Origin: Lytechinus pictus
Lineage: Eukaryota
Direction: 5' to 3'
NCBI RefSeq assembly: GCF_037042905.1
Contig: NC_087249.1
Location: 27,652,001 to 27,716,000, forward strand
Length of the DNA stretch: 64,000 nt
Every line of letters begins with the position of its first letter. The stretch's first letter is position 1. Under the pieces are notes generated by a model that worked only from the letters and a program-made list of their open reading frames with translations, did not search any database and was not told the origin of the DNA. Shown here piece after piece: positions 1-12,100 of this stretch. The translations under genes were made by a program, and so were the position numbers.

Positions 1-138
1 CAAGCTGACGACAAACTACACTTGCATCGGTGTCATCCCACTCGTCATCGCATACTGTTCCCCACACACCTTTATAGAAGATCTCAACCCGACCTTGGTT
101 TACGGTGGAACCGTTAACAAGTCGAATGTCTTCGTCAC
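1..138 (-). CDS. SRCR exon/domain 18 (partial, truncated by window edge)
   Basis: TAG acceptor, then [45 protein letters not shown]. Confidence 0.9.
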
Positions 139-3100
139 CTATTAACATGATTCAGAGAAATAAAGATTCACTATTCAATTTACAATGCTATCAACCTATA
201 ACAATCATTCTGTTGAATAAAAAAACTATCATACCCTTTTAAAGAAATAAATCAAATGAGCCAAAACGCATTGGCCTTTTAAAAACTGACCGTAGAATTA
301 GTCAAAAAGAAACAAAGTCTACAACAGTTCAGTTTAAATATATTATATTATTACTCACGAATGACATGGCAGTAGACTCCAGCATCCTCAGCATGACCGC
401 AGTAATCATCGACACCCAAAGCGTTGCTGTCGCATGCATCTAATCTAGCTTCATTTCCGTCACAGTTAATATCGTTAAGGTATATCGGGCCAGTTCCTTG
501 TCCGTAAGTAGCACGGCCACTGGCCACAGCGTCAACCGAGTATCCAAGTTGTCGACAGACTACTCTCGCGTCAAGGTCATCCCAACGGTCATCACAGACT
601 GTACCCCACTGACCGTTGTAGTAGATCTCAACCCTACCTTCGTTCATGGTAGGGCCGTTGACAAGACGAATGTCTCCAGGCTCATTTGCAACTTACAAGG
701 GGAAATAAATTATAAACAGAGAGTGTATAAATCATTCCATTTTCGGCATTAACTGAATTAATGTTTGACATCTTCCTGCAATTTTCTGATTGTAGAATAG
801 GTATAAAGCTGTCAGCAAATGTTTGGAAAAAAAATCAGATGAAATATTTGTTCCGGATTCATGTACCGTAACATAATATATATTTATCTGACAAGGGTTT
901 TTAGCAAAGTGTTATCAATCAGGACGCATGACCAATACCGTAGGATATTTATGCATCTTCAGACTAATCGCAGCTAATGCTCAGATCCTGAAAAAATCAT
1001 CCGAGGTATTTTGGGCAAGACACTTTATAAGTACCCTCGCTACAGAGTCATCCAAACTACTGTAGCAAACAGTAAAGACTAGCCGATATGGTCGTTCTAA
1101 ACCTGGTTTTGGTTTAGCTTGATCCATACATAATGCTAATTTCCCTTTTATTTTTGACGAAGAAAATAATGTTCCAGGGGAATTTCTTAAAGTTATATTT
1201 TAAGCTATCACATTATTTTTCTTTTAAAAAACAGGAAAGTATTATTTTTGTACATGAAAAAAGGTCAAATGTTCCAGAGACGTAATAAGAGCCGCTTTAT
1301 AAAATATTGGAAGATAGGCATTGTAGTATTTGTTTTTCTCTTAGCAACAAGTGTGGATACATTCCATTGCATACCATCAATATTGCAGTAAACTTCAGCG
1401 TCTTTGGTGGGAAAGGATGATTCCAGCTAAGCTTAATTCTGCACACCATTTTTGGACAATAAGTCAAGGGACAGGAAGGGTATTCTTTGGAAATATTTCA
1501 TCAGAACGATTCCAAATACTTATACTCACCATCAGTAGGGCAATAAACCCCGGCATCTTCAGAGTGTTCGCAGTTGCTGATGTACCAACCGTTGCTACCA
1601 CATTCATCTAGCCTAGCTTCATTTCCCTCACAGAGAACATCGTCAAGGTATATCGGACCGGTTCCTTGTCCATATCTAGCAAGACCATTGGCCCGACCAA
1701 CGTCGCCCAAAAATCCAAGTTGTCGACAAACAACCATCGCATCATTGTCGTCCCAATCGTCATCACAGACTGTACCCCAATGAGCGTCGTGGAAGATCTC
1801 AACCCGACCTTCGTTTGGTGTGGAACCGTTAACGAGACGGATTTCTCCTTCATTTCCAACTGTCAAACAAAAAACATGATACTATAAAAAATAGTTTAAA
1901 GGTATAAGTCTTTATAATCCTGGAATAAACAACCAACATCATCTTTAATGTTCAATATTTGACCGATATTGAAGATGGGATCAATCGATTTTGTTTAACT
2001 TTAAACCCAAAACTGTGGTGATAACTGATTAAGGTCTGCAAGCGTAGACTATACTATATGATTACACGTGACTACTTCCATCAAGAAGCACTCTTTTATA
2101 CCAAGATGGTCGGAGGAATGTTGTTGCAGCTAACCTAATATACGTCTGTAAATAGTGTTATAAAGAACTGACTACTGGTCTGTTATTTGCCTCCAACCCC
2201 GCTCCAACCTAAGTTTGAAATATGGTGTCAGTCGTCCTGAGACCTAGCAAAGGTTGGCGATTTCCAGGAATGATCAAACATTGAACACTGTTTAATTCCT
2301 TTTGTACTCCCTTTGGACATAACAACAACCTCTGAATGGAATGTTAGTCTCATAGTAACCTGTTAGCTTCACTTTAGCTTTTTGTAGTTTTGGTCTAGGT
2401 TTCATTTTGTTATAGATTTTTTTCAGGGAGAATATTAGCTTGAGCTCCAGTATCTATCTTGAACTCAACTGGCTCATTATTGACTCTCAAATTGACTTTC
2501 CACTCTTCCTTGATTCATGTTCAGTTGATTCACAGGAACATGAATCAAAGGAAGAGTGGAAAGTCAATTTGAGAGTCAATAATGAGCTGAAAGAAGCTCT
2601 CATGATTCAACCAGTGCTGCATTTCTATGATTGCACAAAACCCACAAAGGTATCAGCTGACGCTTCAAAAAATGCAGTTCTCCTACAGCAACATGAACAA
2701 AATTGGCATCCAGTAGCTTACGCATCTAGAGCGACTGATGCAGAAACACGTTACGCTCAGATAGAAAAGGAATACTTAGCCATCACGTACGGATGTGAAA
2801 AATTTCATCAATATATCTCTGGTAAAATGAAAGAAGTTGAAACAGGTCATAAGTCACTTATCCCATTGTTTGTCAAGTCATTGGCTGATTGTCCTCTACG
2901 CATTCAAAGATTACTGATCAGAGTACAGAGATATGACCTCAAAGTGTAATTTACACCTGGAAAGTACATGTTCACTGCTGATACACTGTCACGAGCGGTA
3001 GATCCAAAAGCAGAATTGAATGTTGAAACTGGAAAAGATATCAGTCTATGTAGATATGATTGTACAAACAATGCCAGTAACATCAAACAAAAGACAAAAT

Positions 3101-6100
3101 GTTGAAGAGACCAAAAAAGATGGAGAGCTTCATAAGTTGCTAGTCACCATCAGAAATGGTTGGCCAGAAAATAAGCAACAATGTCCAGCAAGAATAGAAC
3201 AGTTCTGGAACATTAGAAGTTAACTTTCTGAAGCAGATGGAAATAGAATCATCTTCAAAGGTTCCAAAATAGTAGTTCTAACTTCCATGAACGGTACATA
3301 CTGATCCGATCAATCGTAACTCTATGGAAATCCATCAATGTCGTAATTTTTTTACGAAAAACTTGCACAGTATCCTCTGTATGCAAAGAGAAGCGCAGTG
3401 ATTTTCAAGAATACAATGAATGCATGAATATACATCATAGTTAGAAAATATTTTGAACATGCATAATAATAGATGTTGACGTTGCTAGCCGTCCATAGTT
3501 ACGATTGACAGGACCAATCGTAAATCTTTGTAAGACGGGGCCCTGAAAGGTTGTGACCTAGGATCCATCTGTGCGATCCCTGAAAATTTTTGAGGAAATT
3601 GAACAACCTTTCCACTACAAATTTACACCGCCGATCTGTTTTATAAACAAATAATTCATTTTTTTATCAATGGTATTGTCGACGATACAGGTATCTCAGG
3701 TACTTGCAATAACATGCAAAAGCACTCGGCGCAAGCGCTTCGTGCTTTCGAATACTGCAATACCCTCAAATGCAATACACCGCTACAACACGCACCTAAT
3801 AAATTAGCGGGGGGGGGGGGTTGTATAATATCATAATGTTAAGACTGACCATCATTACTGCAGTAAACTCCAGCATCTTCAGAATGTCCGCAGTTATGGA
3901 TACCCCAACCGCTGTTATCGCATTCATCTAACCTAGCTTCACCTCCCCCACAGAGAACATCGTCAAGGTATATCGGGCCAGTTCCTTCTCCGTAAGTAGC
4001 ACGACTTCTGGCTACAGCGTCACCTGAGTATCCAAGTTGTCGACAAACTACCCTTGCATCAGAGTTATCCCAACTATCATCACAGACCGTCCCCCACTGC
4101 CCGTTGTAGTAGATCTCAACCCGACCTTCGTTCATGGTGGGGCCGTTAACAAGACGAATGTTTCCGTCATTTGCGCCTATCAAGGTGAATAAATTAGAGT
4201 CGGAAAAAGTCATTCCATGTTCTGCAGCATTTGGTCAATGAATAAAAAAAATCTAACAGCAACAATATTCATAGTACAGACAAATTTTAAAAGTCTCAGC
4301 ACATAGTGTTTGGAAAACAATCATAAATGAAATATTTTTCCGGTTACAGTTACAATGAAATAATATGAACACATATCCTAACAAAAAGTAATATCATCAA
4401 GGTATAACGGGCCAGATCCTTGTAAGTACGCATGCCCCCCCCCCTTTCTCCCTACATTCCTGATTTTACCAACATCGATTCGTCACCAAGGCTAACTAGC
4501 ATTGGTTGAACTTTATCCAGATGCTAATTTTCTATCTTTTTTTACGAGCAAAACAATGTTCGAGAGGAATTTCTGCTAAGTAATATTTATATCGTTAGAT
4601 TATTTTTCTGAAAAAGACCACATAACATTATTTTTCACACACTGCTTGAAAAAAAATCAAATGTGCCAGCAATGAATTAGCAACCATATTGTAAAATATT
4701 TGAAAGGTATATCTTGTAAGAAATTTTGTAACATCACTCTTTGTAACAAGTTCGAAGACATCATTGCATGCCATCAACACTACAGTAAATTCCGCATTTT
4801 CAGAGCACGCTGGCGGGCAGCGAGGGATAATTCCAACTCATACAACTCTGACTATAGATAAGAGTCAGCTTTTCTTAGGAAGGGTGTACTTCTGAACCAC
4901 TACACCAGGGCGCTTCCAAATACTTTCACTTACCATCAACAGTGCAGTAAACCCCAGCATCTTCAGAATGTCCGCAGTTGCTGTTGTACCAACCATTGCT
5001 GACACATAAATCTAACCTCGCTTCATCTCCCTCACATCCAACATCATCAAGGTATATCGGGCCGGATCCTTGTCCGTATATAATGGGACTCCTGGCCTCA
5101 CCAACATCACCTACGTATCCAAGTTGTCGACAAACCACCCTCGCATCAGCGTCATCCCAACTATCATCACAGACTGTTCCCCACTGATCGTCGTGGAATA
5201 TCTCAACCCGCCCATCGTTTGGAGTGGAACCGTTTACTAGGCGGATCTCTCCTTCCTCTCCAACTTTCAAGATAACAAAAATAAATTGATACAATAGTAA
5301 GGTATAAGTCTGTAAACTCCTCGGATAAACAACATTCCCATGGAGATTCAAGATTTGACAGACATTGAAAATTGGATGAAACCACTTTGTTGAACATTAA
5401 ACCCCGAGCCCCCCCCCCCCCCATTATTCCCCGATTGAAAGTTTGACTGAAATTTTTGTTCAATCCTACTTAAGTGACCAAGTAATTGTGAATGAGTTTT
5501 ATAGACATCTCTAACAGTTTATAGTTCTAATAAAAGTTGGAATCTAACATTTTCCTTTACCATTGCCCTACATAGGCTCATTACAATTTTCCATACAATT
5601 AACAATTGGGGTGGTGTCAATCTTTTCCTTCACAATCATTCGACATAGATTTGACGAACAAAAACTGACGAAGTAGCATTCCTCCGAAATATTTTTCTTT
5701 GCTCTGATATGAATAAGACCATCTACTTGTATACCAAGTGGGCACAACCCAAATATTCACCCAATGTCATGATACAAAGCTCTCTGTCATTTTTGGCATT
5801 GTTTTAGACTGATGATTAAAAAAAAAGAATCCCCATCTTCAGATTTTAGCAAAATGAGGACATACCATCACCGCCACAGTAAACACCAGCATCTTCAGAA
5901 TGTTCGCAGTTATTGATACCCCAACCATTGCTGACGCATGCATCCAATCTAGCTTCATTTCCCTCACAGAAAACATCATCAAGGTATATCGGGCCAGTTC
6001 CTTGTCCATATCTAGCAAGACCATTGGCCTTACCAACGTTGCCCAAGAATCCAAGTTGTCGACAAACAACCCTTGCGTCTTTGTCGCCCCAATTGTCATC

Positions 6101-9100
6101 ACAGACTGTACCCCACTGACCATTGTGGTAGATTTCCACCCGACCTTGATCAAGAGAGTACCCATCCACAATGCGAACATCTCCTTCTGATGCACCTATA
6201 ACAGAATGTCAAAATCAAAGCAGCGGTCATGTTTGAATGAAATAAGGCAAGATGTGTTGGTCCCCTTTCTTGATTTCATCTCGCAAATATACTTTTTGGG
6301 AGTAGTCATATATGAAATCTACAATTTTGAAATATATATATATTCAAATATCTATATAGTTATTCTATTATCGTGCTGCAGATAATGTGAGATTATGCCT
6401 AATAATCAGTACTCTGAATATATTTTTGTGATAAATTACCATCAGTAGGGCAGTAAACTCCTGCATCTTGAGAATGTCCGCAATTGTCGTTGTACCAACC
6501 GTTGTTGACGCATAGATCCAACCTTGCTTCATATCCCTGACATCTAACACCTTCAAGGTATATCGGGCCGGATCCATGTCCGTATGTAATGGGACTCCTG
6601 GCCTCACCAACGTCGCCCGAGAATCCAAGTTGTCGACAAACCACCCTCGCATCAGGGTCATCCCAACTATCATAGCAAATCGTCCCCCATTGACCGTCGT
6701 GATAGATCTCCACCCGACCTTCGTTTGGGGTGGAACCATCAACAAGGCGAACTTCGCCATTCAAGCCATCTATTGAGAGAGATCGAAACACAGCATTCGC
6801 AAAAAATATTCAATGTGTTATCGGAGAGATACAAAGTGGAATCGTTCCATTTTGCAATGTCATGATATTAATATTAACTCCTATCTACACAGGGTCGTTT
6901 CAATTGTGAGCTGATCTTCCAAGGGGCCATGGATAACGAAACATATTGCCTTTCTTCATTCAAATTCATCGAGCGCCTGATTAGAAGGCAGAAGGTCCCT
7001 TTTTAAGCGTTAGGCGTTACTCGGCCAGAGAGCAATCCTACCTCTGCTTCATGTAATGGGTGCTCTTCCATCAGGCACCATTTTTGCTAAACCGGCTTTG
7101 AAAAGTAGTTTTAATTTCCCAAAGAAAGTTATTTTCGTGTCTAATACTAAATTTGAAAATAATTATTCAGCATTATCTTTCAGTTCTATGACACCCCCCC
7201 CCCTCCCAAAATCGAACGATGGTGAGTTCTCGAAAAAATATTAAGACCTACCACCAGCATCGCAGTAAACTCCAGCATCTTCTGAATGTCCGCAGTTGTG
7301 GTGATACCAACCGTTACTGTTGCATAAATCTAACCTATCTTCATTCCCATCGCAGTTAACATCATCAAGGAATATCGGACCCGATCCGACCCCATAAACA
7401 CCAAGAATCCTCGCATTAACATCGCCCGAGTATCCAAGCTGTCGACAAACCACCCTCGCGTCAGAGTCATCCCAGGAGTCATCACACACTGTCCCCCATT
7501 GGCCTTCATGGAAGATCTCAACCCGACCTTGGTTTGCAGTGGAGCCGTTAACAAGGCGGATATCTCCTTCATTCCCAACTTTCAAAATAAATAATGAAAA
7601 TATTAATAATAAAAGCTTACAAACTCAAGTAACAATCTTTGCTAGAAAAAATGCATGCGATATTAAGTAATGTTCAAATTACACGAATCTATTCCTTGTG
7701 ATAGTGTCGGAAATTAGCAAGGTTGTTTCATAGAGCTGTTCGTAAGTTAGGAGCGAATTTAAGAAAGACTGATAAACCTTTCTTAAGAGCCAAATAATCA
7801 CCAATGAATAAAAAATGGTGGATATCATTCACCACAGGAAAGGATCACCAGTCGTTCTTAAAGTCACTCTTAACTTACGAATAGCTTTATAAAACGGCCC
7901 CGGTGACGTTTTAAAACGGTGATGAATTTGAAAAATTATAATAAAGATAAGATCTGAATTGTCGGAAGAGTTTGAAGTTAAAGCGAGTGTGCATCAAGGT
8001 TCCGTGATGTCGCCTAGTATGTAAATGGAAATGGGACGTTTTGTTTTAGTTCAAACGGAAAGGGGATTTGGAGTAAGAGAAGAATAATGCGAGCGATATA
8101 TTGTGTATTCAATGACCAAGGTATGGAAGCTATTTTGAGGAGTTAAGACCGCGGGTGTTGGGTTTGAGTGAACAGTTTAGTACTTTCAGATGGATGACCA
8201 GAGTAGACAAGGTAGAAGGGCAACAGAAGAATACATGAAAAGACAATTGTGGAGAGTACGAGGGTCGGGTTGATGAAAAAGGGGTACACCAATTTTTTTG
8301 AAGTGGAGGAGGTAACAATAGCTTTTCAACAATGAATCAAAATTGGTTTAATAAGATTTGATGAAAGATCTCCAATCTAAAGAATATGACAATAAAACAT
8401 GCTTAATCTAAAGAATGCAACAATTAAACATGCTTACAACTTACCGTCACTACCACAGTAAACTCCAGCATCTTCAGAATGTCCGCAGTTATGGTTACCC
8501 CAACCGTTGTTGAAGCATGCATCTAATCTAGGTTCATCTCCCTCACAGCCAACATCATCAAGATATATCGGATCTAATCCACGACTATACACACCGCCAT
8601 GCCTTGCAACACCAACGTCGCCTGAGTATCCAAGCTGTCGACAAACTACCCTGGCATCGTTGTTATCCCAGGCGTCATCACAGACAGTACCCCATAGACC
8701 ATTGTGAAATATTTCAATCCTTCCATCGTAAGGACTGAACCCATCAACGAGGAGGATATCTCCCTCTGTTTCACCTTTGATTGAAACGAAAATACAGTGC
8801 TTATAATTGATGTTATCGGTTGTGATGTTATTTTTTCTTACTGATATACTGATTGTGTCATTGTCGTCATTAATGGGAGGAAACAAATAGGCCTAGTAGA
8901 AATAAGACATCAAAATTATTCCCATTGACCTCCCAAAATAATGCTCGATATGATCATGATTCTGCATTTAAATGGAAAGTGCTCTAATCAATCAAAGTTT
9001 ATGGCTACGGATGTTTCACCATAATCGGATTACTCAGAACATACCAATAAAAGCGCAGAAAACCCCCGCATCTTCAGAGTGTTCGCAGTTGTGGATGCCC

Positions 9101-12100
9101 CATCCACGGTTACTGCAATTCATCAAGCTAGACTCAGATCCCGTACAGTCGACATCATCAAGGTATATTGGCCCCGATCCTTGCCAATAGTGAGCATCAC
9201 TCCAGGCCTGAACATCTCCTGAGTATCCAAGCTGTCGACAAACTACTCTAGCATCATTAACATCCCAACTATCATCACAGACTGTACCCCACAAGCCATC
9301 ATGGAAGATCTCTACCCGACCTTGGTTTGGAGTGGGGCCATCAACAAGACGAACATCACCTTCCGTGCCATCTTTGAAAAGAAAACGAATAGCCGTTTAC
9401 AAACGCAACATATAATATATTCTAATCAAAGATTCCTGATTCACTTGAAATTTTACCTTCCTCTCCCAAATCCCTATCAGTTTACAAGACATGACGACCG
9501 AATAGCTAAGCTTTGCATTTATACTTACCGAAGCCATGTGATAAAACCACTTGTCTAAAAACTTTCTTTCCTATAATAAACTACTACAGGTGATCTAAAT
9601 AACAAAAAAAATAGGGACACTGAAAAAAATATGAATAAGAGAGTCAGTTACAAACATTGACAAATGACACCAGCATCTTCAGAATGTCCGCAGTTCTGAA
9701 TATCCCAACCGTCGCTCTGGCATAAATCCAACCGAGTTTCGTTTCCTTCACAGCCAACGTCATCAAGGTGAATAGGACCAGATCCTTTTGGGTATTTTCC
9801 ACCGTTCCAAGCTCCGCCAATGTTATTTGAGTATCCAAGCTGACGACAAACTACTCTAGCATCATAAACGTCCCAACTATCATCACAGATTGTACCCCAC
9901 AAGCCATCATGGAAGATCTCTACCCGACCTTCGATTGGAGTGGGACCATCAACAAGGCGGACCTCACCGTCTGCGCCGTCTTTGAAAGAAAATGATTAAC
10001 AGTGTATCCATTCATGATCACTTCTTTCACCGGATTCAAATCACACGTATAAATTGCCTCGACGTGATAAGGTGGGCATCAATGATTGAAAATGGCAAAC
10101 ATGTATATATGAAACCAATCTTACAAGGTGTTAAGGATTATTCATTGTATAAAGAATCATGTCTGCATGTAAACGAATCATGGTAAATACTAGTCTCACA
10201 CATACACAAACATTGCATAACTTTTCAAAATTAAGAATAATGGAATATTTCAAGCGTCAATCTAAGATTAAAAATATAATGATCTTTGATTCCGTCCCAA
10301 ATGCAATATTGAAATATAATGAGCTTTAAACCAAGAACAAAATGACGCAAAATAAAATGATAGTTTATTGAAAAAAGATGGTCTAAGAACAAACCTTGGC
10401 AGATAACACCAGCATCACTCTCGTGTCCACAGAAGTTGTTATCCCAACCGTCGCTCTGGCATAAATCCAACCGAGTTTCGTTTCCTTCACAGTCAACGTA
10501 ATCAAGGTGTATGGGGCCAGATCCCCTCGGGTATTTTCCACCATCCAAAGCTCCACCAATGTTGTTTGAGTATCCAAGCTGTCGACAAACTACTCTAGCA
10601 TCATAAACATCCCAACTGTCATCACAGACTGTACCCCACAAGCCATCGTGGAAGATCTCTACCCGACCTTGGTTTGGAGAGGGGCCATCAACTAGGCGGA
10701 TATCACCTTCTGTACCATCTTTGGAAAGAAAACGATTACCAGTATATCTATTTATGATCATTATTTCTTTACAAGCATGAACTCGAATTGTGTGAACAGG
10801 TTTCTTAATTTATTAACGAATGTAATTCAATAGAATCACATTATTTTTCGCAGGTGATGGGTAGTTCTATTTGTAATCTCTCTCAGTGTCGATATGACAT
10901 TAGATTGTAAGTTTAAAGTCCGCCACAAGAGACGTAGTTAATATTATCACGAAACATAACATTTCATCAGATGAAATAAGATTTTAATCGTCAAATGAAT
11001 TCGTTTATCAACATGAGATCCAAGGTGTTTATTTCGCAGTATAACAATTAAAAAAAATACTTAAAGGACAAGTCGCAAAAAAGGACAATCTGAGTTTCGG
11101 AAGGGTATTGAAAAAGGAAATAAATGTATCACGAGCTAAAAAAGAAGAAAAAAAAAAACCTTGGCAGATAACACCAGCATCACTCTCGTGTCCACAGAAG
11201 TTGTTATCCCAACCGTCGTTCTGGCATAAATCCAACCGAGTTTCGTTTCCTTCACAGTCAACGTAATCAAGGTGTATGGGGCCAGATCCTTCTGGATATT
11301 TTCCACCGTTCCAAGCTCCACCAATGTTGTTTGAGTATCCAAGCTGTCTACAAACTACTCTAGCATCATAAACATCCCAACTGTCATCACAGACTGTACC
11401 CCACAAGCCATCGTGGAAGATCTCTACCCGACCTTGGTCTGGAGAGGGACCATCAACTAGGCGGATATCACCTTCTGTACCATCTTTGGAAAGAAACGAT
11501 TACCAGTATATCTATTTATGATCATTATTTCTTTACAAGCATGAACTCGAATTGTGTGAACAGGTTTCTTAATTTATTAACGAATGTAATTCAATAGAAT
11601 CACATTAGTTTTCGCAGGTGATGGGTAGTTCTATTTGTAATCTCTCTCAGTGTCGATATGACATTAGATTGTAAGTTTAAAGTCCGCCACAAGAGACGTA
11701 GTTAATATTATCACGAAACATAACATTTCATCAGATGAAATAAGATTTTAATCGTCAAATGAATTCGTTTATCAACATGAGATCCAAGGTGTTTATTTCG
11801 CAGTATAACAATTAAAAAAAATACTTAAAGGACAAGTCGCAAAAAAGGACAATCTGAGTTTCGGAAGGGTATTGAAAAGGGAAATAAATGTATCACGAGC
11901 TAAAATAGATAAAATAAAAACCTTGGCAGATAACACCAGCATCACTCTCGTGTCCACAGAAGTTGTTATCCCAACCGTCGCTCTGGCATAAATCCAACCG
12001 AGTTTCGTTTCCTTCACAGTCAATGTAATCAAGGTGTATGGGGCCAGATCCTTCTGGATATTTTCCACCGTTCCAAGCTCCACCAATGTTGTTTGAGTAT

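Noticed and set aside
10960-10980. Other CTGATGA occurrences (intron X copies, 22412, 23171, 30420) as hammerheads
   Set aside because: No correctly placed stem II plus GAAA downstream.
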